A stretch of DNA of 63,891 nucleotides, filler included, from Choristocarpus tenellus KU-1152 (taxonomy: Eukaryota > Protista > Phaeophyceae), in NCBI GenBank assembly GCA_964200185.2. It is 11 parts of 11 records of this genome, joined end to end, with 100 filler letters (N's around TTAATTAATTAA, not from the genome) between each part and the next. Parts side by side here need not be neighbours in the genome. Positions count along the whole stretch, not along the records: positions 9,237 to 15,659 come from CAXNAD020008170.1; positions 15,760 to 21,246 come from CAXNAD020010635.1; positions 21,347 to 25,082 come from CAXNAD020018230.1; positions 25,183 to 30,922 come from CAXNAD020009871.1; 7 more parts are not named here. One strand, written 5' to 3'. The translations under genes were made by a program, and so were the position numbers. Below the pieces are notes generated by a model that searched no databases, was not told the DNA's origin, and saw only the letters and a program-made list of their open reading frames with translations. Below, piece after piece: positions 12,701 to 25,425 of this stretch. How positions within the stretch are numbered: position 1 is the stretch's first letter; every line of letters begins with the position of its first letter.

Positions 12701-15050
12701 ATATGGGTGTATTTCTTACAGCTAAGTAAGGTTATTTCTTTCCATGACACCTCATTCAAACACGTCTATTGCATCTCATTGATAAGCAACAGATGTCGTT
12801 GAGGTGCTATATGCTATACATTTTACTACCAATTTTGAGCAAAAATATGTTATCATGACCACTTATTAAGTAATATACTAGTAAATGACTACTCCAAGGG
12901 ATATGCAGTTGGTTCAATCCTGCCTCAACTCTAAAACCATAGCTCTGTAGGCAAAAAGACAACCGAGCCAGTAGTGTGCAAAGTGTTGCAAAGGCACTGC
13001 AATGTGTTTTTGAAAAAATGATCCTGTATACCTGATTAGGGCTAGGGTTAGTTAAGTTTAGGACACATGACTAGGGGAAGTTGGATAGAAGAGACTGACA
13101 GGGGATCTTTGCCTTCTGTACCTACAATCTAAGTTATGTGATGTTGATGGCAGCCAATTAACCTTTGGTGACTAGGTATACTTTCCTTGTCTACATGAAA
13201 TTGAGCCAGCCTTCGCTATGTAGGCAGCATTTGTCGTGCTTGAGAACAGCTAGGGAAGCTACCTTTGGAAGCTAGCTGTTCATGTGAGTGAACTCTCGAT
13301 GTTTATTGGTTAGGGTTAGGGTTAGATTTGGAACTGTATTGCCGACCCTAGAAGAACTCCCTGGGGTGCTGCACAGCACCTGTCACATCTTGGGTTTGGC
13401 CCTCATTCAATACCAACCTAGTATTTCCTGTGGCTAAGCGAAAGATGATTATCAATCTATGTAATGATGCCGTCAAGATAGTCCTCTACGGTTAAGGTAT
13501 GAAGACCTGTCCCTTGCCACTATCCCTACAGGTGTACCTTCTCTCCAACAGCAGCATCTGCTTCATCCTCCACTTCCACCCACACCTTGGGAAGACCCTG
13601 CGGTTGGCCCTAGAGGAGGCTGTATTCGAGCAGGCCAGGTGTTTGGTGCAGGATGGGTCTCAGTCTGTTCAACTGATACATATGGTCCATAGTGTCTTAG
13701 AGGGAGGGGAGAGCTTAGCCCAGCTTGTTCATTTGGGGTTTGACAGGGTGTTGTAAGATAATCCAGTTTGATGGTCGTTTTTGCGGCGATCGTCCTTCGT
13801 GTGTATTTCTAGCAGGGGGGACTGAGAAGGAAGGTTCATTCAGATGAAGGAATTCACCATTGCATGTGTGACACTTTCACTCAGGTGATATGAAATCACT
13901 ACAGGTTCACACTGATCCGAATGGACGCCTGACTCCCCCTCTAGGATACTATAGGCTATATGTTGTCCAATTTCATTTTACAGCCACCAGGAGTGCATCC
14001 TCCACATCCATCAAGTTCGTTACTTATTGCTTGCAGCACACCAGACAAAATTCGAACATATCTGCCTCAAATTTTCCCTTCTCACCTTCATGTTCCCAAA
14101 TTATTGTGTTGATACCTTGTAGTGAGGAAACCGAGGAGGAAGACAAGAAGGCGGCTGCAAGAAAGGCTCTTTATGGGGACTTTAGTAGTATGTCACCTTC
14201 CTTCCCCCACCTGCGCAAATACCCAAGTCGGGTATCACTTCAGCTGGCGCAGAGTCCAGACCTGACTAACCTCGAGGATTTGACATTAGGCCATCAATCA
14301 TCATTTGACAGCAATAACACTGCAGCTCAAACCATTGATTCGGTCGCTGTAGGAAGCAATCCGGCAACAATGTTGAATGCCCTCATATTGCGGCAACTCC
14401 GGAATGGCAAGATCGGTCGCAGATCGATCCCTACATATTTTTCAGGGGGTAGAAATGATGCTGACATGCCTATGGCGAAGCACCAAGGAGATAAGGAGGT
14501 GAGCACTGCTGGCAACATGAAAGAGCATGAATTGTACAGTTTTTTCAACTTTTGTCACTCAGCTAAAGATCAAAATCAGAGAGAGAGAGGGTGGCACAGA
14601 CTTGATAGACAGACAAAATTATTGAAATCAGTGACAGATATTTTCCAGAGTAGGCGGCATCATGAACTGCGTTAGTGGAAGAAAAGATCACAGAGATCAA
14701 TGGTACAATGGATGGAAGGGATCACTTCACTCAAGTTGATTTCAACTAGATCGAACGATTTTTAAGTCTTAAAAACTTGAAATATTGACCCAAGTATTCT
14801 AGAAAAACTGAACTTGAAATATTGACCTATTGTGTACCACTTTCAATATTGTTCAAAGCAAACGTCTCAGAGGACGTGGAAGGAGCAACACAGTTATCAA
14901 TGCAAACAGTACATCCCATTGACAATTAAACCACGAAGTCGTTATCTTGTCATTGTTTGTCAAATTTTCCGCCACATTGTGAAGGAGGGTGAGACTGAGA
15001 AAAGGCCACCAGACGAAGGGGAAGAAGAGGAGGATCAATTCGCTTGGGTG
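9776..15050 (+). CDS. Cyclic-nucleotide-binding-domain-family K+ channel (pore/S6, C-linker, CNBD-like domain); partial, spliced
   Basis: Phase-consistent exons 9776-9894 (VGYGDIKPLSDQERAIACFTMVCGTTMFSYVIGSVSNLV: GYGD filter and S6), 10758-10851, 11131-11340 (C-linker: EEDILQRMAPNLRARV...IPIFKSQPPGFVTAILQHLRP), 11905-12068 (GEVVYEASSRSQGVYFVIRG...GRFFG), 12462-12519, 13532-13638, 14123-14498, and probably 14985-15050. Confidence 0.88.
9947..9972. repeat. Interstitial telomere-like (CCCTAA)n tract
   Basis: ctaaccctaaccctaaccctaaccctag, in an intron; similar short tracts occur throughout the window. Confidence 0.9.
10516..10703 (+). mobile_element. MITE family A, complete copy (intronic)
   Basis: TIRs ggctcaaagtatctggggggg ... 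cccccccagatactttgggtc, with subterminal tgtccattt / aaatggaca. Confidence 0.92.
13684..13957. mobile_element. MITE family C copy with ATAT target-site duplication
   Basis: atat|ggtccatagtgtcttagaggg ... ccctctaggatactataggct|atat; homologous to 4414-4693. Confidence 0.82.
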
Positions 15051-15519
15051 GTGAGTTTCCAAAGACAACCAAAAGAAGGCAGTACGTGTATTGAGGCCAA
15101 GCACTACATCAAATCTTCCGTAGCACTACCTCTCTAGCAAACACTAGCAGTGAAGGGCATGAAGCAATCAATCCTCCCAAATAGAAAATGTTAAATACTC
15201 TTGTTGCCAACAGAATGTTGAAAATCCACCAAAATCGGTGATTATCCCCCCACAAAAGTACTGCTGCCGTAGATAGTGTAGTCATGCATGAATAAGGAAG
15301 AGATACCCTTGACAATTTATTGGATAGCACCACTGTACGGTGAACAACTTTCCTCAAACACTTAACGTCTCATCAACCAAAGAGTATTTTAACACTGTGG
15401 AATAGTCTGTTTCTGGACGAAATTGAGTCCCTGGTGTCAAAAGAGCTCCCCTTCACTGTATAACGACCACAAGATCAAGCTGTTCTCTCCGTTCAATAGA
15501 GTCAGATGCTCTTTCTATT

Positions 15520-15659
15520 GGCTCAAAGTATCTGGGAGGGGGGTGGCAGCTGTCCATTTGGGATCAATTTTTTTCATGTCGTGATTTTTAGGTGATTTGG
15601 TTGCATACATCAGATGGATACTGTAAATGCACATTTCCTTATTTTGGTCCAAATGGACA
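15520..15659 (+). mobile_element. MITE family A, truncated by contig end
   Basis: ggctcaaagtatctgggaggg ... ccaaatggaca, followed by the linker. Confidence 0.9.
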
Positions 15660-15759
15660 NNNNNNNNNNNNNNNNNNNNNNNNNNNNNNNNNNNNNNNNN
15701 NNNTTAATTAATTAANNNNNNNNNNNNNNNNNNNNNNNNNNNNNNNNNNNNNNNNNNNN
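15660..15759. other. Artificial contig linker
   Basis: N44-TTAATTAATTAA-N44. Confidence 0.98.
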
Positions 15760-15779
15760 CCCCCCAGATACTTTGACCC
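15760..15779. mobile_element. MITE family A terminal fragment
   Basis: ccccccagatactttgaccc at contig start. Confidence 0.8.
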
Positions 15780-15811
15780 CTAATTGATTTTTTGGGGGGA
15801 GATGAACGAGG

Positions 15812-15887
15812 TTTTATGTATCTCACTGATTAGTAGACTAAAGTTATTATTATTTTATGTATCTCACTGATTAGTAGACTAAAGTTT
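15812..15887. repeat. 41-bp-period tandem duplication
   Basis: ttttatgtatctcactgattagtagactaaagtt occurs twice. Confidence 0.9.
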
Positions 15888-16352
15888 TTACAAGCTCGCG
15901 TAAGACTCTTAGAACCTTTCCCACCTCTTCACCAAAAGCTGCTTATGTGTTAAAATAAAATAAATAGTTTTTTTGCAAATTCTCGAAATGCACTTGAAAC
16001 CTTTCTCATCTCTACCTTGTAGCGTGATAGGTTGTGATCGCACTGACATGAGACTGTATATTATTAATCTAGCAGACAAAATGAAACTGAGCATCTCGAT
16101 CTTCTTTTTTTTTACACGACAGATACAAAATTTTTATATTTAAAAAGAAAGTTCCTGGGACTTTCCTTAGAATTCGAGGACACCACCATTATTTATTAAT
16201 ATTTTTTTATGGGTTTTTTCTCACTGCCAGCTAAAAAGCCCTCTTTTTTACATTGAAAATGGATGATACTTCTTAAAGATTGATATTTTCAAGAACTCTT
16301 GATTATAATGTGGACATTTTTGTGGGCTTATTTTTGTTGTGATCCTATGCAG

Positions 16353-19300
16353 CTACTGGCACTTGTATCACTTGTGGACCGGCTCAGTCCTGGAACAAGG
16401 CCACTCTCCCTTAGGTGTGGAAGAGGTCTGACCCCAGTGCAGCACTGTGTAGAGGCAGGGAGGGTGGAGGTTTTGCGTGATGTTCTGAGAGTCAACGGAC
16501 GCAAGTGCTTACATGGGACGCAGGATGTGAGAGAGCTTACCTTTATTTGTGCCCCCCCCCATATGTTTATTTTGTTTCACAGTAAGAATAGAATGAAATG
16601 GTGCTTATTGGGTGTTTTGGAATTTTGCACAAAGGCACACATGGGCATCTGCAAACATACTTTTGTCATATATTTAGTTGTTAATTGTGGATAAGGAGAG
16701 CAAGAGGGAGATGGCAAAGCAGTCCGTTGTAAGAGTTTGGGTGCAGTAACTGTTTCGTCTTGCCCGAGGAAGTGTGTGTATACATGTGTGTGAATACACA
16801 GTTGTGGATTTTCACATTGTTGAGACTAAGAACCTGAGTTTCATTGTGTCAGAAAAACCACTGAGGGGGACGACTGAAAGTATCTTAGAGGGTACGAGTT
16901 TTGCCCTGTTTGTCCATTTGGGGCTTGGCTTCCCTCAGGGTATTTTAAGACATTACCTACTCTGAAAATTTTCGGAATAGGTAAAATGTGTACGTTATAA
17001 AAAGGTGCATCCAGAACAAAGATATTGACACTTCCTAACAAACACGGTAGCCAAAATTACATCAAAATCGCAACATTGGATTTTGGCCCCCAAATGGACG
17101 CGGCTCTACCCTCTAAGATACTTTGGCTCATGATATACCCCAGTATAATACAATACACTGAGGGGGGCATCAATTGGGTATGCGGATACATGAATGTGCT
17201 GATGCGACTGTGGAGACCTCTCTTCTAGTGACTGTATGGGAATTTGATTTCTAGTGATATCCTTTTTTTTATGTGAAGCAAAGCATAGCCTTCTTCAACC
17301 CAATGATGCTCCAGGTGGTTTTTGCTCAATCTGTGAGCTCCATATGGGCACCATCTTGTATGGGCGGTTTTGTTATGCTCAAGTAAACATTGATTTAAGA
17401 ATATATATATTTTCTGTTCCTGTTTTAAGCGTTTAGATTGGATGATCGTTTTCTTTTATTCTTTTTGTTTATTCTCTCGTGCGTTCTCTCGTGCGTGTGT
17501 GTGCTGTGCAGTGCAGTGCTGCTTGCTGTTTGCTTAAGCTGACCTGTTATGTTAGATTTACTTGAGTGAAAGTGAAAACGGTGGAATTGGGTTGGCAAGG
17601 AGTTAGCTTAACAAATGACTTGGTTGACTCACTTGTTGCTTGGGTTAAGTTGGCAAAGAGTTAAATGACTTGGTTGACTCACTTGTTGCTTGGGTTAAGT
17701 TGACAAAGAGTTAAATGACTTGATTAACTTCTTCTTGGATGTATGATTTTTTTTTTGTGCAGTGCTTTGTTCTGGTGACTGCAACAGACCCTGTCGACAT
17801 CTCTGTTATCTGTTATCTGTTATCTAAGTATAGCGACACTAACTTGTGTATGTGAGAATGCCCTCATACCTTTGGGTTGGTCAGGTAAGCTTTCTGGGTT
17901 TGGAAATGTGTACGTTCTTATTCCAGTCTTTTTCGTTTCTGGTAGGAAAATAAGTGTGGTGGGTATATTTTTTTTCTTGCTCTAGGGCTCTGGTATTAAG
18001 TATGATATTATTATAGGAACCTTAGGAAGAGCTCTGAGAAGACGAGAATTTTTTTTTTTTTAATTGGAAAGGAAAGTTCGATTGATTTAAAATGACTTCA
18101 TTTTTCTTTTTTTTTCTTTTTGTTTAGCCCTCCTCGACATTAGTTGACATTAGTTGCTCTTGTGTGACCCTACCTGTATCAGGGAACGGGAGAAGGGTCG
18201 CCTCTTCAAACAGCAGTGCGGGTGGGGGAGGAAGGAATGTTGCGACTGCTCCTGGGTGCCACAAGAAGGTATAACTGTCCTGCAGGGTCTGTTTAAGTGA
18301 CTCTTAATATACTTAAGAGATTTTTTGGGGGGGCTGAGGTTAGGGTTAGGGCTAGAGTTTCTTTTTTCAAAAGCAGTGCTCATAAGATTTATAAAAAACT
18401 ACTTTGAACAAAATTTGCAAGTAGTTTACCTGACTCTGAGGTTTGTACGATGTGTTGGTCATGTGAATGACTATTAAGAATGTGAGAGATGACGATATTA
18501 TTTTCCTTCTAGGGTGTGCTGGGATTTCCTTATTTAGGAGGCGTGTTGTGCTACACGAATGATTGCATCTCACAAGGACCTTTGTTTAGTGTCTCCTGAA
18601 CAGATGTTTTGAAAGTGCATGCATTAGACAAGGTGTGTTTTGTTAGCTAAATTGTGCAGGCTGTGTTTTGTTAATTTTTTGTTAATTGCAAGTCCAAGAC
18701 AGCGCATGCCAGGTCAGACTGTTTACAGTGTTGACTTTTCTTGTGAATTTTCTTGCGTGTTACATGGATTGAAGACTAAGGGTTAGGGTTAGTATTGGTA
18801 TTGGTATTAGTTTTGGTATTAGTATTATTACTAATATTAGTGTTGGTATTGGTATTATTATTACTAGTATTAGTTTTGGTATTATTATTATTACTAATAT
18901 TAGTGTTGGTATTGGTATTATTATTACTAGTATTAGTATTGGTATTAGTAGTATTGGTATCTTGCTTGTGTGTGCACTGTAGAACAATTTGGTATGTGAT
19001 AAAAAAATGTGGGAATATGGAGTCTCACAATCTTAGGTTTTTTTTAATGAGTTTTTTGTTGATAGTATTGATAACGATAAGATTATTAATAGTACATATT
19101 TTATCCATTGCTACAGTATGTTTAAGTTGATGTGGTTCATCTCTCACACACAGAGACAATGGAGTGTGCCTTGTAACACACTGTCAGTTTCACCTTTTAA
19201 TAATTTATATATATGTAGTACATTTTTTTTTTAACATAGTGTGGCAGTAGGTTTTTGATTGAAGCACAGGTTCAGGTATAGACACTGGTACAGGGTTTGA

Positions 19301-21036
19301 TAGGGTACAGTTTCAGGAACAGATACAGAGGTTGAGGTGCAGTTGCAGGTTCAGGCACAGGTACAAGTTTGGATTCATGTACAGAGGTAAAGATACAGGC
19401 ACAGGTAAAACTTATGGTACAATACAGGTTAAGGTTAGGGTTTTAATATCATTCCACCTACACAAGGGAACAGTTTAGCAGCTCATGAGCTATTTTCACT
19501 GGTTCCTAGTTTTTTTCTCTTGATATTAAATTTATGTAACAAATGTGCAGCATATTTAAGTGCTGCTCCTGATTTATTTATCTTTGCCCTTTTTTGTACA
19601 TATTATTATTATTATTATTATTTTAGACATGAATTGCCTTCCAGGGTGATGAACGTATTTCGCTTTGGTCTGGCATCTACTGGGGCTAGTCCTCCATCAG
19701 TTGATGTTGTGGATCAAGATGGTCTTACTCTGCTGGCTCTTGCTGCTAAGAACGGTGTGTACTCGTTTTGTATTCATATTTGTATTCATATTTGTATTCA
19801 TATTTGTATTCATATTTGTATTCATATTTGTATTCATATTTGTACTCTGTATTCAATTTCGAGTTGATATGTTCTCAATTATTATTGTTTCTATTTTTAT
19901 AATGTATTATGTTCATATTAATATTTTTAAGATTTGCTCACTTTTTTTCATTTCGCTCATCTTGTAGTTGTATCTAATATTTGTGATGTGATCTTACGTG
20001 GTTTTATTCTCTCTCTTACAACACATTTTACATTTTGTACTGTACTGCCCAACCCAATCCCAGCTGATCCACCCCTTTCCAACATGTGTGCCCAGATTTC
20101 AGTTCACATGTCCTCTGGCAGTGTTGAGCATTTGGGTGCTACTGCACCCATTTACTAGTTTTTTATTTTCTATGTGTCTCAATGAGAAAGATGATATTTT
20201 AAAACTATTCATAGAGAGTAGTGATAAGATGGACTAGAAACCATGTCTTGGTTGGGAGTGCTTAATTCAACTGTCTACAGTTAAACACACACCAACTCAT
20301 TCATTCACTCACATACAGTATAGTATAGTACAGTACTAGCATTGGTTCAATTGTATTGGTCTGTACCATTTAATTTTTTTTGTGCACTTTTGTGACTAGT
20401 AATAATATTTGCTGGTAATTTGTATTTTGTGTGTGAGTTGTTACTGTTGACTGTTATTTTTATTATTATATTTTATCTGACCTACACTTGTACCTTGTTT
20501 TTTCTTTTTCTCTCTATAAAATTAGTTTGTAACTGTTGTGCATTTTTTATTTTTTGTGGTGCTGGCAAGTCCTAACTTAACTTAGAGGTACAGAGGATTG
20601 GCACAATGGTATGACTGTGTTTAGGTGTTAACAGTTATTTACTACTAGCAGTTTGAAGTGTGTTGTACCAAAGAGAGCCGGTTAGGCAGATTCTTGGACT
20701 GGTATGCCCTACATTGACCATTTTATTTTTATTTTGGTATGATAGATGGGGACACGAGGGAGTGATGACAATTACAAATATTTTTGCAGGTTTGCTTCAA
20801 TACCGGCAGGTGGAAGTGCAATCGCTCCGTGTTAATAGTATGGTGCTATGTATTGGTGTTGAACTTGATGGGGTTTTTGCAGGAAATCCTTCCATGGTGC
20901 GTGTCCTCCTGGAGGAGGGTGCAGACGCCTCTATCTGTGATGGAAAGGGGCAGACACCGTTGGCACACGCCGCCCAAGGTGGGCATTCAGCTGCTGCCAA
21001 AGTTCTGCTTAAGGCGAGAGTTGCAGGCCTGAGCAG
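16353..21036 (+). CDS. Ankyrin-repeat protein (partial, spliced)
   Basis: Phase-consistent exons 16353-16526 (GLTPVQHCVEAGRVEVLRDVL), 18183-18268 (GSPLQTAVRVGEEGMLRLLLGA), 19627-19754 (VDVVDQDGLTLLALAAKNG) and 20883-21013/21036 (NPSMVRVLLEEGADASICDGKGQTPLAHAAQGGHSAAAKVLL). All fit the ankyrin G.TPLH.AA..G...V..LL..GAD pattern. Confidence 0.88.
16872..17129 (+). mobile_element. MITE family B copy (intronic)
   Basis: gactgaaagtatcttagagggta ... taccctctaagatactttggctc. Confidence 0.92.
17592..17725. repeat. 50-bp tandem repeat, about 2.5 copies
   Basis: Unit ttggcaaagagttaaatgacttggttgactcacttgttgcttgggttaag. Confidence 0.9.
18778..18960. repeat. Low-complexity TTAGGG/TTAGTA/TTGGTA array with a 63-bp higher-order period
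   Basis: Starts taagggttagggttagtattggtattggta; ctaatattagtgttgg recurs at 18831 and 18894. Confidence 0.9.
19768..19845. repeat. 12-bp tandem repeat (ttgtattcatat), about 6 copies
   Basis: Directly visible immediately after a splice donor. Confidence 0.95.
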
Positions 21037-21246
21037 GTATTGGTATTGGTATTGGTATAGGATTGGAAGGATGGTCCCCAGAGGTGTGGTGTTGGATGTA
21101 AAGAACAACTGTTGTGATATTTCTTGCTTGGTTTGCCAGTTTTGGGTGGTACAGGCAGCACTCAACTTTAGAAAGAGTAACAAATTTCCCTAACCCTATC
21201 ATCGATAACATTTAACAATAATAAAACGATGTAGTAAGAAATCATA

Positions 21247-21346
21247 NNNNNNNNNNNNNNNNNNNNNNNNNNNNNNNNNNNNNNNNNNNNTTAATTAATT
21301 AANNNNNNNNNNNNNNNNNNNNNNNNNNNNNNNNNNNNNNNNNNNN
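21247..21346. other. Artificial contig linker
   Basis: N44-TTAATTAATTAA-N44. Confidence 0.98.
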
Positions 21347-21373
21347 CCCTCCCCCCCCCAGATACTTTGGGTC
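21347..21373. mobile_element. MITE family A terminal fragment
   Basis: cccccccccagatactttgggtc at contig start. Confidence 0.82.
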
Positions 21374-22740
21374 CTTGTAGGACATGTTTTCTGTGTAACG
21401 ATATCCTCTACCCCTCTCCATCAATCTTTACCCTGACCCTGACCAGAATGTTGGCATCCCTCAGGTACAGTCATGCTACGGTTTGATCTCTCTCTTTGTA
21501 CTCTTCCACACAGATCTTATCAGTATCCTCTTTCATGGTGTGGGGTGCTGCTGTACTGTATTCTCTCATGCTAGGTCAATTGATGCCCAAGATGAAGCTC
21601 CTGTTTTCAATTATATGTATTTGTAGTTGTTACCTAGACAGGTGTTGGGCAGGTGAACAGGTTGCTCAAGGTAGGGCTGGTGTACCCTATCCCTATAGAT
21701 CATTCTGTACTAGTTTATTTTGCACTCTCTTCACTATGACCTAGTTACTCCAAACCGATACTAAGAATGTACACGGAAACATTTATGGTGTTGAAGTACA
21801 AAGCTTCCTCTCCTGTCTCGTGTTTTGTATGGTGTTAGGGTTAGCTCCTCTGTATTGTATGGTATTGTATTGTGTTATTTTTGTACCATTGTCTGTACCA
21901 TGCAGACCTGAACCATACTCAAAAGAAATGGTGCTGCGCTTCACTCTTGAGTATTGTACTCCGACTCACTTTTTGTACCACAGTACACACTGTGTGGTCC
22001 TGAACTATGATGAGGAGAACCTTCTGGTACTGTTTTACTGTACTGACTACTGTGCGTAGTCTATGTCAGAGTGAGGAGATATCTCTCCTGTGGTATACAT
22101 TTGCATAGACTCTGTGGTACAGCAGTACTTGTTTTAGTACAGGTACTGTGTATCAGCAAAGGTTGTGTTGATGGCCCCACTCAAGTTGCAGTTACTGGTT
22201 CACTCTTTTGCTTGTACCACAATACTTGCACTCCTCGTATCTATCATAGGAATAACGGGTGCACTAATGCCGAAATGTAGTGCGACAGTTCCATTTGCCT
22301 TCCCAACAGTGCGTGGCTTGTACTTTTGACTCCAGGGTTCTTAACCTGGGTATTTCCCCTTGTGAACCTTAATTTCTTCTCATCTTGGCATGTAGCAGTG
22401 TGAATTTTTCATGCAAGCATTTATGGTAGTAACAGTAGCAATAGGGAGATTATATGAATTTACAGGGGAGGCAACAAAGTATATGAAGAGCACCATTTAC
22501 CAATGCAATAATAGACTTTACTCTGCTTTTTTTGGGCACCCACCCTTAAAAAACGCCTCAAGTCCTCACCACAGCACAAGCCCTAGCCATCCCCTTCAAC
22601 ACATTCACTGGGTTGTCTCAAGGGGATCGCTTGTGTGTATAATGCCATCAATAGAGAGCCTGCCATGTTGTCGCTTGTACCAACGACCATCATCGTCATT
22701 CTTGGCATTGATTTGATGGTGTGGGTGTTTTGTGTGCCAG

Positions 22741-24374
22741 GCTGGCGAGCACATCTTTGCAAGGGGGACTGCGAAAGGTAAGAGAGTGCAATCCAACATG
22801 GGTGCAAAGAACCATGGTGTTGTACTGGCAGACGCTAACAGGTGGGTTTGTACCAGCTTTTGTTGGGGTTTTTGTCGTGTGGTGAATGCTCTGCACTGTT
22901 GCTGTGTACTGGTACTTGCAATTACCTTCAATTTACTTGTGTGCTTCCAAGTCGGTACTCCCAGACTGTGCTGTGTTCAGGTTTATTTGTTCATATCTTG
23001 AACGATTATTTTGGTGTTGTCTGTCAGTATGTGCGTGTGGTTCACTAGGTATTGCAGGTCCTATATTAAGTCTGTAAGTGTGTGTGTATGACTGTATGCT
23101 TTTAGCCACCCCTATGTACGTATTGATGACTTTGACCAACAGGTATTATGATATTTCCAGATAGGGATGTTTTAGTGGTGGTGCAATATTGTTGACCTGT
23201 GTGGGAGGGAATATTGTGTCTGGTTAGGGTTAGGGTTGGAGTTTGGAAAGCTCGATTTCCATGCCAATATGCCAACAAAATGGATTCGTATGGATCAATC
23301 TCGTAAACGTTGAATGCAGGTTTTGAGGTTACTAACCTGGTTATTTCTCAGTTTATCGGTTCAATACATCACCAGCAATTGTATATAACACCACAGATAA
23401 TGCAATAGGACATTGAATTGTCATGTATGATGGAGAGTGCCATACATATATGGTCTGGAGCAATCTGTAGAACTGTAATGAGTCCTATCCACTTCAGTCT
23501 ACACCTATTTGGGGGAGGGTTGTGAGCAATACCTCTCTTATTCTTATGCCCTCCCTCCTCTCTTTCCCTCGCCATATAACTGTTACATCTTCTCCCCTGG
23601 TCTAATCCATCAAAGTGCTTCCCTCAAAAAAACGCCAGGGAGGCTGCATTGAACTCCATTGTGGGAGCTGCGTTTGGTGCAGCTGGTCAGCGATGCATGG
23701 CTCTGTCTGTAGTAGTCTTAGTGGGGAATGCAAGAGACTGGGCTACTGATATTGCAGAGAGGGCTTCCAGTCTCAAGGTTAAGGAGCCTGAGGGCTGCTG
23801 TTATATTCTCAAAAAATATTTTGGAGGTGTTGCAGGTTGACTCTCAAAGCATAGGGTTAGGGTATGAGCTGCTTCAAGTCTTTTCTCTGTTTTTAAACAA
23901 ACAGTAGTTGCTGTTATCTTCTCCAAGACCAAGACCTTGATGTTACGTTGTTTCTTTTTTCAATGCTGTACTCTTTGGGTAAATGTCGAGAACTTAGAAT
24001 AGTATAGTGTATTCAGCTTGTTATTGTTACTGCCTCTTATTGAAGTCTAAAGGACTATATTTATCCACTTTTTTTTATTAGTATCAGAACAGAAAAAAGA
24101 GGGCTACGGGAAAAAAATAAATTTTGAGACCCTCAATTAGTTTCCAAGTCGTATTCCCCAGCTCAAACCTAACCCTATCCACATGATTGGTCCCAACCTT
24201 TAGCTCTAACCTTAGCTGCAACCGTTCCCCGTTTACCGTTTCCTGGTAGGTTGGTCCTGGTTGGGAGGAGGGCACTGATGTGGGTCCCTTGACTACACCA
24301 AGGGCAAAGGTTCGCTGTGAGCGAATCATCCAGGAAGGCGTTGATGCTGGTGCACGCCTCCTGCTGGATGGAAG
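22741..24374 (+). CDS. ALDH6A1: Methylmalonate-semialdehyde dehydrogenase (acylating), ALDH6A1/MmsA; internal exons only
   Basis: Phase-consistent exons 22741-22841 (AGEHIFARGTAKGKRVQSNMGAKNHGVVLADAN), 23639-23777 (ALNSIVGAAFGAAGQRCMALSVVV, catalytic Cys motif) and 24250-24374 (VGPGWEEGTDVGPLTTPRAKVRCERIIQEGVDAGARLLLDG). GKRVQ.NMGAKNH and AFGAAGQRCMA are diagnostic of MMSDH. Confidence 0.95.
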
Positions 24375-24975
24375 GTGAAACCCCTACAGTTGTACACCTA
24401 CGTTCTCATGTTTCTCATGTTGACCTTTGATGGGCTGGAGCTAGGGGGGAGGGATAATGACTGCAATTGAAGGTTTGTACCACAGTATCATGTTTTCTGT
24501 TGTACTTTTATCAGTACCGTATTGGAGGACGATAGGACTGTAGAGGGGGGTGTAAAAAGGTCGTGTAAAAAGGTCAAAGGATTGGATTTGAAAACTATAG
24601 AGTACTTTGTGGTACTGGAGAAGTAAGTACCTGCATGGACTGGTCATCACCAGGACCCTCTGTGTACTTTGTGCTGTACTCTTTGTCAGTGCCAGCCAAG
24701 TAGGATTCAAGTACTCCAAACTTGATAGAAACTTGTTTTTTTTCCCAAGATCCTTTGCAATCCAAGGAGATGAAATTTTGTGTACATTTCGCGCAAGGGT
24801 GGGCTTTAAGCGTTTCAGTTACATGTTTTGATTCAATTCTGAGTATGTTTTTTTCTGTTGTGGTGGATGGTTTTGTTGGCAGGTGCTATAGCTTTTTTCA
24901 CACCTTGATTAGTTACCCGAGATCCTCATGGGAATACTGCAATGAAAAGGTTGTGTGGGTTAGGTTTTGCGGACA

Positions 24976-25082
24976 GACCCAAAGTATCTGGGGGGGGGGG
25001 GGGGGGGGGGGGGGGCGGGGGAGGGAGGGGGGGGGGGGGGGGGGGGGGGGGGGAGCGGGGGGGGGGGGGTGCCATAAAAAAA
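24976..25082 (-). mobile_element. MITE family A terminus running into poly-G at contig end
   Basis: gacccaaagtatctggggggg followed by a long G tract that is probably low quality. Confidence 0.8.
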
Positions 25083-25182
25083 NNNNNNNNNNNNNNNNNN
25101 NNNNNNNNNNNNNNNNNNNNNNNNNNTTAATTAATTAANNNNNNNNNNNNNNNNNNNNNNNNNNNNNNNNNNNNNNNNNNNN
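25083..25182. other. Artificial contig linker
   Basis: N44-TTAATTAATTAA-N44. Confidence 0.98.
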
Positions 25183-25240
25183 CCCTACTTTTAACTCTCC
25201 ACCCCCCCGTGTCAGTTGTGCTCCCCAAACCTGTTTATTT

Positions 25241-25425
25241 GCCCCAAGGTTTGGGGGGAGGGGGGGGGGGGGGGTCTACACCAGGTTGTCCATTTGGGCC
25301 AAAATCAGGAAGAGTGCATTTATATTATCCATCCGACGTATGCAGCCAAATCACAATAAAATCGCAACATGAAAAAATTGACCCCAAATAGACAGCCGCC
25401 ACCCCCCCCCCAGATACTTTGAGCC
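25241..25425 (-). mobile_element. MITE family A copy, reverse orientation
   Basis: Reverse complement of the 10516-10703 element; ends cccagatactttgagcc. Flanks attt/actt are a possible mutated 4-bp TSD. Confidence 0.9.

Noticed and set aside
13890-14675. 261-aa standalone ORF
   Set aside because: It starts inside MITE C and intron sequence. Only 14123-14498 is bounded by splice sites and in phase with the channel gene.
15520-15779. One MITE A spanning the gap, implying contigs 2 and 3 are adjacent
   Set aside because: The expected right end is tttgggtc, but 15760-15779 ends tttgaccc, and the flanks give no TSD. Adjacency is unsupported.
16774-17228. Recurring small ORFs such as ESILEGTSFALFVHLG and TLPNKHGSQNYIKIA as a peptide family
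   Set aside because: They are translations of MITE B copies, and starts, stops and frames are not conserved between copies.
18760-19130. Hydrophobic VLVLVL / ILIPIL ORFs as membrane proteins (also the FIFV and CIHI repeats at 19665-19967)
   Set aside because: These are translations of simple intronic repeats.
9776-24374. Functional cluster of channel, ankyrin and ALDH6A1 genes (for example an AKT-like channel with ankyrin repeats)
   Set aside because: The genes are on different contigs separated by artificial linkers, so no linkage can be inferred.
24942-25082. Glycine-rich protein or G-quadruplex locus
   Set aside because: Poly-G run-off from the MITE A TIR at a contig end; likely a sequencing or assembly artefact.
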